From Chara braunii (lineage: Eukaryota; Plantae; Charophyceae), in NCBI GenBank assembly GCA_003427395.1, contig BFEA01000011.1, positions 6,302,195 through 6,359,398 of the forward strand: a stretch of 57,204 nt of DNA, written 5' to 3'. A model generated the notes under the pieces. The model worked only from the letters and a program-made list of their open reading frames with translations. It was not told where the DNA came from and did not search any database. Of this stretch, positions 1 through 11,217 are shown piece by piece. Each line of letters starts with the position of its first letter. Position 1 is the stretch's first letter. A program made the position numbers and the translations under genes.

Positions 1-12
1 CGCGCGCGCGCG

Positions 13-64
<52 letters not shown>
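1..64. repeat. (CG)n-(GA)n compound microsatellite
   Basis: Directly visible. The same CG/GA junction occurs in the foldback element arms near 51090 and 52830. Confidence 0.9.
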
Positions 65-66
<2 letters not shown>

Positions 67-913
67 ACAATCAATCATACACCTTACAGATTCACTGAGC
101 GGATTGTGATTGTTGGTATCTGTTTCCGTGTCGGGGGAGCTGTACCAATGCAGGAGAGCTTACAGTGGGAGGAATGGTGTCAGTCATCACACATCTTGCA
201 GATTGACAACTAGAACAGTGGTTATGGCGATCAGGGTGATTGTCATGGCCGAGGAGCTATTAGATGAGATATTGAGCTTGGTTATGATTTGTCGGTTGTG
301 GTTTTTGCTTTCCGGCACAGTTGTGATGGATGGGCTCAGTGCAGGCAGCAATTTGTTGGTACACACTTTAATCAGTGTTGTCACACGTGATGTGGCAAGG
401 AAATGGGGGCATGGTGGTCATGGGAGTTTCAGGGGAAGGGATGTGATGTTTTTTTGCGTGCGGGAGGATAGCTTGCAGCAATTGCAACAGACACGAGAGT
501 CGGCATGCGGAAACCGAGATGGGCAAGAGTGAATTATTCAGTTTTCTTTTATTTTCTCTTTTCTGTTCTTCTCCCCCCCCACATCTCCCCCTTCTTGTTT
601 TAAGACCGCATGCAGCAGTCAAGAGAAACAACAAAATTTCTCATTTTCAAAGAAGAAATAACAAATAACAAAACAAAAAAAAGGAGAACGATGCAACGAC
701 AACAAACAACATTCGATTGAGAGTCTGAATCTAGATGTTTTTTGCGAAGAGATGTAGGGATGCCGATCAATCGCAATATTGTGCATTTATCCACCATGTT
801 CAAGCGTGAAGTTTATTCTCATTTTGCACGTTTTGCGAGTGGTGTGGCGATGCCCTGATACACAATGACTTACCTCGCCTCCTGCCACCCAACTGTGCTT
901 CGATAGATCCGTT

Positions 914-928
914 CTGTGTGTGTGTATA

Positions 929-991
<63 letters not shown>

Positions 992-1055
992 CAAATATAA
1001 AAAAGAAAGACAGAAGAGAGAGAGAGAGAGAGGGAGAGAGAGAGAGAGAAAGAGA

Positions 1056-1087
<32 letters not shown>
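914..1087. repeat. (TG)n and (GA)n microsatellites
   Basis: Directly visible. They explain the low-complexity ORFs called here. Confidence 0.95.
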
Positions 1088-1705
1088 CTGTCACTGCTGG
1101 CCGAATGGTTCTAGGAAGGGCAAATGAGAATGAACTTCCCACTAGAACATGGCCAGATGCATCCGCCACATTTTTGTCTTTTTCACATTTGGAGAGTAGT
1201 AAGCTATGTTGTTAGTGCGGGACAGGGCTTGTAGGGGTCGAGCAGCTCATGGCGCGTAAACAAACAAGAAAAAAAAAAAACAGGAAAAGAGGAAAGCACA
1301 AAAAAAAAACAATGCACCGAACGTAGGGTTTGTCCGTTTCCCGCCTTGCAATCCTATGGCTCCGCTGCACAGATAGTCGCATCAATCTATCGTCGGCCGC
1401 GGTTGCACCCTCACCACATTCACTCTCACCCTGTAACAATTCGGTGAAAAGCACTCGGGGCCAGCCCCTCACCGCAGATCCTTCCCATCGAACGCCTCAT
1501 GCACAATTTTCCACCCCTGGCACGGCGCGCAGCTCGCCATCCCCCTACCCCCCGCGGCCGATACCCGTTGAGGGGTAGGATTACCTATCGAATCTAGAAA
1601 GGACGGTCTTTCTGGCCTTTTTTGTTGTCATTACAGTATTAAAGGAACCCGTTGCAACCACATTTAGATTTTGCAAATTAACACATTGAAAGATGTATAT
1701 ATATA

Positions 1706-1860
1706 CAGTGTAATCAGTGAGGGGATTCTACAGACTGTTGAGGGTTCAGCCTCCTGATGAGTCGGTGAAACTCCGACGAAACAGTTTGTCACAGCCCCTC
1801 GTTTGTTGTCCTCTTTTCCCTCTCTGCCTACGGTTTACCGGGCAGTTCTATTTGACGATA
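1706..1860 (+). mobile_element. Penelope-like element terminal (pLTR) fragment inserted in (TA)n
   Basis: Flanked by TA repeats, contains a hammerhead core, and shares the tail cgtttgttgtcctc...gcctacggtttaccgggcagttctatttgacga with several other copies. Small hammerheads are an established hallmark of PLE pLTRs. Confidence 0.65.
1719..1800 (+). ncRNA. Type I hammerhead ribozyme (variant)
   Basis: CTGATGA 1754-1760, stem II GTCGG/CCGAC, GAAA 1778-1781, short stem III ACA-gtt-TGT, GTC triplet ending at 1790. Stem I is non-canonical (see findings). Confidence 0.7.
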
Positions 1861-2133
1861 TATATATATATATGTGTGTGTCAATGTTAAACATTTTTCA
1901 TAAAACATTATTTAAAAATATAAGGTTCGTATTTTTATAATTTTTCCTTGCCTTCTATTACATGTATAACAATATTTGCACATAAGATCGGTTGATGCAT
2001 ACTCTTTTATGGCTTAATGTATCAATTGTAGTGCATAAATGTAGGCATCAACTGACCACAAGAAGTGTCGCATGGTATCACTTTGCTTTGCAAAACTTCC
2101 ACAATTAACACATTAAATTATGTATATACATAT

Positions 2134-2233
2134 CATCGAACAGAACTGACTGGTAAACCGTCTACAGACAGGGAAAAAAAGACAACAAACATGGGGTTGT
2201 GACAAATTGTTTCGTCGGAGTTTCATGGACTCG
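2134..2233 (-). mobile_element. Truncated copy of the hammerhead-bearing PLE-like fragment
   Basis: Reverse complement reads gagtccatgaaactccgacgaaacaatttgtcacaacccc...; the CTGAT part of the core is lost; flanked by TA. Confidence 0.7.
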
Positions 2234-3018
2234 TATATATATAAACGTTTATAATCTTAAATAATTCTCATAAAGGATATTGCGCTCTTATTGTATAATC
2301 ATTATCAGTCTTCTATCACGTGTCTAACAATGTTAGTGTGTGAGGTCAGTAGGTGCATACTATTTTATGGCTTAACATGTCCGTTGCAACACATAAATGC
2401 AGGCACCAACCAACCACAAGAAATGTCGCCAGAAACAAAAAAAGTTATTCATACTTTATAATTTGAAAAATCATATGTTCCCGAGGCATCTGTCAACATA
2501 CCAAAGAAACAAAAAAAATAAAAATAAAAATAAATCAGGTACCTAATTACAAAAAGTGAGTTTTGTTGTGGCCTACTTTGTGATGCAGGTGACAGCGGCA
2601 ATGGCGCACGCTCTGCCGAAGCATCTCATTGACGCCTTAAAGAGAGAGAGAGAGATGACATGGAGGGAGGGCTGACCACCATTTTTTGCTTGTTGAAATT
2701 TCTAATAATGTTTAAATTGTTTGTGTGAGAGAGAGAGGGAACCTTTCCTTTGAGTCAAAGTTAAGACGGGTGGCGGAAGCACCAAAAAAAAAAAAAAAAA
2801 AAAAAAAAAGCAGCGCATCTGGCGCACCACCCTAGTGCATGGCCCGTAGGTGCGCACGCATCAGCGCTCAGCGCATGAGTAACGTGCGCATGCACATATC
2901 GCACACGTATGTGTCATGCACGCATGACGCAACCCACAAATGCGCCGCATGTATGATATTTATATAGTACATGGAGTGTCCTCGCTGGCGTGGCCGACTT
3001 ACATGCGGCCGTTGCTGC

Positions 3019-3276
3019 TGCTGCTGCTCCTGCTACTGCTTCTGTTGTTGTTGCTGCTATTGTTGATATTTTGCTACTTGTAGTAGTAGTGGTATTGTAA
3101 CTACTACTACAACTGCTTCCAATAGCGGTCAGTTCTACCTCTACCACTACTATTGCTACTTCTGGGATTCATAGTATTACTACTACTACTACTACTACTA
3201 CTACTACAATTACTACTACTACTACTACTACTACTACTGCTACTAACAATATGTAATGACCTGCTTGTGTGTGTGT

Positions 3277-3338
<62 letters not shown>
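3019..3338. repeat. (GCT)/(CTA)n and (TG)n microsatellite cluster
   Basis: Directly visible. Confidence 0.9.
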
Positions 3339-3343
<5 letters not shown>

Positions 3344-5624
3344 CACCGCCCAAGGAAGCATCTGCCCGGTATAACTTCAAAAGAAGCGAACTTGAAGTGC
3401 TCCTCATGTTGCAGTGTGCAAAATTAGCGTTACGCTGCTGGAGCGAGTGCTTGGTGTGGCCAGCGCTGGTGAGGAAGAAGGCCACCTGACCCCTCCACTC
3501 AGCTATGGTGTAGCGGACCAGAGGGGAGACTCCGGGGGTGTAGGAGGAGGAGGAGAGTGACGGGGATACTTGGCTATGGTGGACGACATCTTCATCTTCT
3601 TTGTTGGTGTTGCATCTAAGAGGCCCCTTTCGGGGCAGAGATAGGCATGGCGGCCTAAGTATGGGGAGCATATCAGCTTTGCGTTGTCCTTTGAATATCA
3701 GAGCTGGGCTCCGCTAGTTCGCCATACCTACCTACTAGGAGAAGGAAGAAGGAGGTGTAGTGTATAGCCATGGTGGACCTCTAGAGTTGCTGGCAGTAAG
3801 GAGGAGATTCAAACATTGATTCTGGTTTATTCTTTCAATGTTATTATTATTATTGTTAAACCACCACGACCTCTGATCCTGTTTTTGCCGAGCCTGACTT
3901 TCACAGCGCACCGAGTTTTGCCGAGCTGGGGGAGTTTCATCCAAGAAGGAACAAGGGGGAAAAAAAAGAAAAAGGAAAAAACAAACATCCCAAAAGCCAC
4001 GATAACTGCCAGGTACATTCTATGATGTACTCGTGTGAGTGTGCCCTTAGTGAGGGCGTGTGGGGGACAAACACAGGGGGAAAAAGCAAAACAAAAAACT
4101 TCCATTATGCTGTGATTGAGGGCGGATACAGATGCTACAGCATGGAGACAGTTATGTGTCACCCGTTAAATACGCCCTGCCTGGCTGGCAGGGCACTAAA
4201 ATGACATTGGAACAAAATCAAAACAAAACAAAAAAACAAACTCTTTCCCCACAAAGTGGCTAGAAACATTCATTAAGGGCCTTTGCAACTTCCACCCTCG
4301 TGAGGGCCTTCCCCTACGCCCCTAGATTTGAAACTTTCGTTTTTCTTCTGTTTTTTTTTTCTTCTGTTCTTTTTTATTCCATCGGCGTCCAACCCTGTGG
4401 TCCCTGCCCCAAGCCCCGTGTTTTAAGGAGTAGGCTAGTAGATGAACTTTGCGTTTGCCTGTGAAAGGTAGTGGTGGTTTAAGAAAACATTGGGGGAGTT
4501 CAAGGGGGTTGGAGATGGTGGCGAGTGGGAAAAAAAATTGAAATTGGTCTTTGTTGGCGTACATCTTCTTCTCTTCCATTCTTATTTCTTCTTCCTCCCT
4601 TGTCTATTTCTCTTTCCAAGTTCTTTCATTTCAATTGCACACAACTAGGATCATAACAACTACTGCTTCAACTACTTCCACTTACTATTATTACTACTAC
4701 TGCCACACGAGCACTACCACCTCATCTACTACGACTACTTTTGGCGGCACCATTGTTGCTACTACGAGCCCCCCTCTGTAGCTTGTCCTCCTACCTCTGT
4801 CCTTCACCATCCGTCCTCCCACGCGCCATTGTTTTTATTCCTCTGCCTATTGTTCCACCTCCTTCCCCGTTCGTCGTTCATTGCCCTTCCTCCCTCCTCC
4901 CTCCTTCATTGTCCCTTCTCTCTCCACCATTGCAAATCTTTCCTTCAACCATTTTCTTTCCGTTTGCTATCTGTATCTATTGGGAAATCTCACACTCCTC
5001 GTCTTCCCTCTGCGGTTGCTATGACTCTCCTTTGCTACGACTCTCCTCCTTGCATCGTCCCTCTATCGTATACCCACCCTCCTCCCTCGTCCATGGCCGC
5101 CCCTCCCTCCTCCATGCTCTATCCTCCCTCCCTCCTCATCTATCACCCCTCATCCTTTCCCTTTCCTCCCTCCGCTTGTGTATTGTCATGTTCGCTATAC
5201 ACAACTCCACAAAAAAAAAGCATGATTGTGTCAAACTGTTTAGGGTGTGTGTATGTGGGTGTGAGAGAGAAGGGCTACTTGGGCCCCTGGGTACAGGGGC
5301 GCTACATTGAACCATGTTGCATGCAGTTGTTTCGTTTTTGTTAGTGCGTTTCTTCTCTTACCCCTTTGGGCATTTAACTTCGACGTTCATGGCCACAGTT
5401 TTAGTGTTTCTTTAACCGAAATTGTCACGGCTTACGGTGTTCCCACTAAAACAACCTGACGATTTCTGTTCAAGACATGCCGAAACTGCGGTCAAGAACG
5501 TCGAAGTTACATGCCCAAAGGAGTATTATCATTGTGTGTGTATGTGTGCGCATGTATATGTGTGAGAGAGAGAAGCGAGTGAGGGAGTATGTGCGTGTAT
5601 GAATGCGTGCATCTGTTGGGGGGG

Positions 5625-5671
<47 letters not shown>

Positions 5672-5672
<1 letters not shown>

Positions 5673-5844
5673 AGCGTACTAGGGCAATCCAAGAGGAACG
5701 ATTTGGATCATATTTGATTCTTTCTACCTTACCCGTCAACGAAGTGTTACGTTGAAAGTCAATTCTTCGCTGCAATCGTTTTGCGTGGGAGCCTCTATGG
5801 AAAAGGGTGATACGACCTGTGAAATTTCGACCGTGACCACCTCT
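5672..5844 (-). pseudogene. rpl2: Mitochondrial-type ribosomal protein L2 N-terminal fragment (probable NUMT)
   Basis: Translates [53 protein letters not shown], matching the uL2 motifs GRN..GRIT..HRG and YDPNRS..IALV in plant mitochondrial style. Ends abruptly in a (CT)n tract, with stops upstream. Confidence 0.85.
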
Positions 5845-6267
5845 TCAACGGGTGGTATCTTACCTTATGATTGTATGCAGATGTCGGAATTGTGGCCAGG
5901 CACGACAAAGTTATATGTCATAGTGAGTATTGTGTTTATTTGTGCGTATGTGTGTATTTCTATGAGTAAGTGAGAGAGAGAGAGTGATGTACATATGTGT
6001 GTGTGCGTGTGAGAGAGAGAGAGTGATCCACACACGTATGTGTATGTGTGTGTGTGCGTGTGTGAGAGAGAGGGAGAGAAAAATAAAAAAACAAAAAAAA
6101 ATAAATGTTGTTTTTCTAAGATCGCACAATAAACAAAGTGGTAGTCGGTAGGTGCATACGAATTTGCCTTTACAAATATTGATTGTGTTTGATTTACTAT
6201 GCACCTACCGACCACTTTTCATTTTCTTGTTTGAAGACATCTCATGTTTTTTCTTCTAAGATATATA

Positions 6268-6375
6268 AGCCTCCTGATGAGTCGGTGCAACTCCAACGAA
6301 ATAGTTTATCACAACCCCTCGTTTGTTGTTTTTTTCTCCCTTTGTGCCTACGTTTCACTGGACAACTCTGTTTTA
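6268..6375 (+). mobile_element. 5'-truncated PLE-like fragment with hammerhead core
   Basis: CTGATGA 6274-6280, gtcgg/ccaac, GAAATAgttTATC, followed by the family tail. Confidence 0.7.
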
Positions 6376-6377
6376 CT

Positions 6378-6408
<31 letters not shown>

Positions 6409-6700
6409 CACACACACAGACACGCACACACACACACATACATACACACATAAAGAAACAAAGAAAAACACATCTGAATCCAAAAATTGATTAAAAAATG
6501 TGTCCTTATCCTAATGAAGGATTTTTTTTTTTTTACTTATTGTATATGCGTTTTCATGTCGTATTTTTTGTGTCATGTTAACCAAACTAGACATAATTGA
6601 ATTGTAGACTACTGACATATCGATAACTATTCTCAACAACGTAAAAATTTTTATAGTTTTCACATATAGAAACATAAGTTTACAAAAACGAAGTTTTCAA

Positions 6701-6768
<68 letters not shown>

Positions 6769-6942
6769 AAAAAAAAATCAATGTTGTTTTTCTGAAATCG
6801 CACAACAAGCAGCGGTGGTCGGTAGGTGCATATGAATTTGCCTTTGCAGATATTGATTGTCTTTGTTTTACTATGCACCTACCAACCATTTTCCATTTTT
6901 TGTTCAAAGACATCTCATGTTTTTTCTTGTAAGATATATCAT

Positions 6943-7055
6943 CCTCCTGATGAGTAGGTGACACCCCGACGAAATAGTGACCCCACTTTCGCCCCTACTC
7001 GTTTGTTGTCCTCTTCTCACTCTCTGCCTCCAACCTAGGACAACTCTGTTTGACT
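6943..7055 (+). mobile_element. Degenerate PLE-like fragment with hammerhead core
   Basis: CTGATGA 6947-6953, gtagg/ccgac, GAAA; stem III region disrupted; family tail present. Confidence 0.6.
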
Positions 7056-7074
7056 GAATATATGTATATGTATG

Positions 7075-7122
<48 letters not shown>

Positions 7123-8339
7123 AAGAAAGAAATAGACTGATCCTCACATGCAGAAAAAGAGAAACGTAGTTAAGAGTTAGCAAAAAAAAAATTGAAGCTG
7201 AGAAATTTTCGGATACATGACATCAATGCGGACTACATGTCGAAGACAATTCATCCCACTCTTAAAATAATCCCTATATAAAAAGTTTAACCGACTTTCA
7301 AGAGTTTTTTTGCATAATTTTGCCACATCACCACCAACACTGGATTTCAACATGATTTCAACAGTTTATCAACAGGTTTTCACTAGATGGGAGAGAAGAT
7401 AAACAGTTGATGAACTGTTTGTAAACAGTTCAAAAAGGGTCAAACGATGGTATCCGCTTTGATCATTTATTATAGATATAGGTCAACCCCCTTCATGATT
7501 ATCAACATGAACATGAAGATAAACAATTTATAAACTGATTAAAATCTGATGTTATACACAAAGGTCCCCATTAAACTTCAGTGTTAACACACTTTTTTTT
7601 TCTTCTGTTGATGTGGGCAGCTGCTTTGGCCACAGCCAGGCAAAATTTCATCGGTGTTTCTGGCCCTTGATCTAGATCAACGGCCAGGAGGTCAGGCCTT
7701 GGTTTTCCCCTAGGGGAACCAAGGTCATCAACCCCCAGAAGTATCTGGCCGTTTTCCCAGGCCAGGTACTCCTGTAAATGGTTGTACTCAGCCATAGAAC
7801 CTTTTGGGGCTGCACCTGTTCCATGGTCGCGGCCACGTACGTGGCCGTTACTTTTGATTTTTTTCCACCCTCCCCCTCCTCAGTCATTTCACAGGGGAGA
7901 ACTAGAGTCGAGCTTGGCAGAATCCTCTTTCCCTGCCCAACGCGCGCCCGCACCCAATCGCGAATAGCGTCAGGTTCGGGCGTTGTTTGCTAATTGCAGC
8001 CCGTTTTCAACCCAACGAGCCCAGGTAACCGAAGGGAGGGAAAAAAACCCTAACAAAAAAAAAAAAAAAAAAAAAAATCTAAAAAAAAAAAAAAAAAAAA
8101 AAAAAAACTTACCTTCGTAGTGTAGCAATCCGAAATAACGACGCCACATCGAGTAGCTGTTGCCCATTCAAAACGAACGGGCGCAACTACAGCAATGTAC
8201 AGCAGAGAAGGGGGGTGCGCACAAAATATGGCGGTGTATATTTCCATGTTCTGGCTGAAGATTTATACCAATTTTGCTCATCCTATCGATGAAAGTAAGA
8301 GGGAGGCCAACGACCAGGTAAGTTCCCCCCCCTTTTTTT

Positions 8340-8412
<73 letters not shown>

Positions 8413-9062
8413 GCGACCGTCATTATCGGTCAATAGCTGTTGTGAAGGCCCTCCGAGAGAGACGCTGCAAAAATGTTTGTTCGACCAGCAGAAAATGACT
8501 CTCCTGTCCCTCGCAACTGGAGACCACCAAAGTGTGTGCAGAGAGTCTATTGTGACTCAGGTACAAGGTCCCAAAACCCACGCTTGGAACGTAGTCGTCT
8601 TATGGCAGCAGACTCATTCGCGGTGGAAGTACTCAGCTCATTTGTCAAAACGAACGGGCACTACTTATAAGATCACAAGAGAAAAAAAAAAGAAAATAAC
8701 GAATCTAAAATGGAAATATAAGTTAAAAAATCTAAGGTAAATCTGAAAGAAGAAAAATCTAAAAAAAAGTAAAACCAAAAACAAAGCAAAAAAAACAAAA
8801 CTTACCTTCCTAATAAAAAAGGTTGTCCGTTATTTCGGGCGCCTGCTGCGAATATGGGGACTATAAGTCCCCAATCACTTCATGTAGCGCTATATGGCGC
8901 TTCACTTAGTTATAATGTTTTTTTTTTTTTCCCTTACCCTTTTCTCCGTTGGCCTAAGCCAACGGTCACGTCACCTCACGTGGCTTTTCAGCCACGACCT
9001 TGTGATATGCAGGCCTGAGTTTGAATCCACTGGATTTGGAAAAAGTTATATATATATATATA

Positions 9063-9105
9063 TGGTTTACCGGGCAGTTCTGTTTGTGACGATCTATTTG
9101 ACGAT
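9063..9105 (+). mobile_element. Extreme 3' tail of the PLE-like family within (TA)n
   Basis: ggtttaccgggcagttct...ctatttgacgatata matches 1832-1862. Confidence 0.65.
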
Positions 9106-9182
9106 ATATACATATTATATATATATATATATTATATTATATATATATATATTATATTATATATATATATATATATATATTT

Positions 9183-9225
9183 TCGATTTATGCGTGTCAT
9201 CCTTGTGCAAGGGCCATGCTAATCT
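9183..9225 (-). pseudogene. U6: U6 snRNA fragment (ISL and 3' part)
   Basis: Reverse complement AGATTAGCATGGCCCTTGCACAAGGATGACACGCATAAATCGA matches plant-type U6 just after the ACAGAGA box. The 5' half and the terminal U tract are missing. Confidence 0.9.
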
Positions 9226-9855
9226 CCACGCGTCCGATCTCGGCCGCGGGATCTTCAATCGAGATCAAGTGGTCGAAATCAACCGCGCCACTTGGTTATG
9301 AAAGGGCAACTCCCAAAAGGAGCTAGCCCAGATGCGTATTGTCGGGCTCAATCGCAGCGCCTGATGGGTGAAAGTTCAATATGATACCTTCTGGGCTAGC
9401 TCCTACACCGAGAATAGCAGGAGCAACTCCTTTATACGAGGAGCTTGCCTTGACCATCCCTCCTGCCTGTGGCCTAACAGCGTTGTCGGCTCCAGCCTCT
9501 CCTTGCAGTTTGGCAGACCCTTCCTGCCTCCCCCACCTACGTTGACTGGTTGCTTGCTTGCGTCACAGGCAGGTGTCTGGTCTCGTAGGCCAAGGTGTAG
9601 GATTTTTCGGCCATCGACCAAGAAAATAAAAAAATTAGGTGACCCATTTCCCCTGCGTCCTAGTCCTATACCTGACGCATCCCTCTTTTTAACCTACTTA
9701 GACCCTAAATCGCGCGGCTTAGCAGCCACACATCATTTTTTTTAAGTAGGATAGGTTTAACCTCAACATTCCCATGTTCGCACACCTCTACAGCCTCGAC
9801 AAAAAAGAAGCACTGCCGATTACTACCATTACTATCGGATGTCGCAGCCGTCACG

Positions 9856-10200
9856 ACTAGGGTTCTAAAAATTTCAGTTTCTTGGTCATAGGTCAGGTCT
9901 AAATAAACTTTTGACAAACATCAGTCTCATCAAGTCCTTCAATTCAACGAAAAGGTCAGACAGCGTCCGACGTTGAAAAACTCCGGCAAATATCCTTGTC
10001 AGGCAATTTGCCACGACAACTCCACACGCGTCAGGACTAAAGTTCGAAAACTTTTAGTCTCTCAGTCATAGGTCAGGTCTGAATTAACTTTTGACAAACG
10101 TCAGTCTCATCAAGTCCTCCAATCCAACGAGAGAGTCGGACGACGTGCGACGTTTAAAATCCCCTGCAAATACCCTTGTCAGGGTATTTGCGCCGACAAC
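9856..10200 (+). repeat. 180-bp tandem duplication
   Basis: gtcataggtcaggtct...aacttttgacaaac...tcagtctcatcaagtcct is repeated at 180-bp spacing. Confidence 0.9.
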
Positions 10201-10441
10201 GTGTCGATATAAAGAATCGGCGGTTCACTCCGTCCTAGACTCGAAAAAATGTTAAAAATTAATATCAGTCATGGTCATGCGGTCGGGGCAACCAAAAAAC
10301 ATGTTTGTTTATCGTAGTGGGCCAGGACGACCAAAGTGCGTCTGATTCTACCTTCAAAACGAGCAATGGGCTCATTACACTAGCTAGACTAAGCCTAAAC
10401 CTCTACTTATAGCAGGTATGCTTCACTTGTAACCGGAGTAG

Positions 10442-10666
10442 CCTAGCTTTCGTCTCTCAGTGTCAGTATTAGCCCAGCAGAGTGCTTTCGCTTGGCATTC
10501 TTTTCGATATCGACGCATTTCGTCGCTCCACTTGAAATTCCCTCTACCTCTACCGGACTCCAACTTAGTAGTTTTTGCTGCCTGTCTAGGGTTAAGCCCT
10601 AGTTTTTAACAGCAGACTGAAAAAGCCACCTACAGACGCTTTACGCCCAATCATTCCGGATAACGC
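10442..10666 (-). pseudogene. rrn16: Plastid 16S rRNA fragment (NUPT)
   Basis: CCTAGCTTTCGTCTCTCAGTGTCAG...GCCACCTACAGACGCTTTACGCCCAATCATTCCGGATAACGC is the reverse complement of the chloroplast-type 16S V4 region, with scattered substitutions. Confidence 0.92.
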
Positions 10667-11141
10667 CCAGTAGGTTCCGGTAAGGATTGTCAAGCAACTG
10701 ATACAGGGAGCGAATCCATGAAACCTTTTGGCTAGCTCCTTTTGATAAAGAAGTGGGGCCAACCTGACCACTATTTCACCCCGCTCTCGAACTAGAGAGG
10801 TTTGACCCTGCGACCACAAGGATAAAAGTAGTTGGAACAATCATGATAACGAAAAGGAAGATCACTACGAAGGTGATCTCGATAATATCAAAGACCGCGA
10901 AAGGACAAAGATCGCTGCGATCGATGGGTCAGTGTTGCAATCAGGCTTTGCTCTTCTACTCGCCAATTGCGCAAGATGAGACAAATTATTTCGCTTAAAT
11001 GCAGGAGGATACTCATCCGAATTTGTTCGCTGCTCTGCCCGTTGTTTACCAAAATATAAATAAGCCCTTCCGATCATTTCGTCACGACCATCATGATCAT
11101 TTTCCCTGTCTCGGTTGGTTGTGCTCTGCAATCAGTCGTGA

Positions 11142-11217
11142 TGTCCTTGTTTGTCGAAGTGGTTAGGCGCGTGCATTTGGGTTGGTTCTAGCGGCGGGTT
11201 CATTCTCAGTGTGGACA
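11142..11217 (+). mobile_element. Possible tRNA-derived SINE head
   Basis: A-box-like TGTCGAAGTGG, B-box-like GGTTCATTCTC and terminal tgtcc/ggaca pairing at tRNA length. No good cloverleaf. Confidence 0.3.

Larger units (their letters stand above)
1640..2430 (+). repeat. Diverged tandem duplication (2 units), each ending in a long hairpin
   Basis: aattaacacatt...atgtatata occurs near 1676 and 2103. The hairpin ggt(t/a)g(a/g)tgcat...(g)gca(t/c)caac occurs at about 1987-2058 and 2343-2416. Confidence 0.7.
6060..7100 (+). repeat. About 680-bp-spaced direct duplication of hairpin + hammerhead fragment
   Basis: aatgttgtttttct...ggtaggtgcat...atgcacctacc...aagacatctcatgttttttctt...cctcctgatgagt occurs at about 6104-6375 and 6780-7055. 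Confidence 0.8.
9314..10744. mobile_element. Non-coding element bounded by inverted CAAAAGGAGCTAGCC repeats with subterminal hairpins
   Basis: caaaaggagctagcc at 9314 and ggctagctccttttg ending at 10744; internal palindrome aaatacccttgtcagggtattt; related sequence at 33310-34085 and near 46920-46985. No TSD seen. Confidence 0.45.

Noticed and set aside
800-1215. ORFs rich in HT/CV/ER/LS dipeptides here and throughout the window
   Set aside because: Translations of (CA)n, (GA)n, (AAT)n and similar microsatellites.
7571-7970. Protein-like minus-strand frames (also at about 3360-3800, 39400-39880 and 56070-56470)
   Set aside because: No recognisable domain or consistent exon chain; they may be decayed transposon genes but cannot be called.
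10860-11065. Penelope RT thumb-like peptide (LFRLNAGGYSSEFV) on +
   Set aside because: A single short motif with stops and no RT core nearby.
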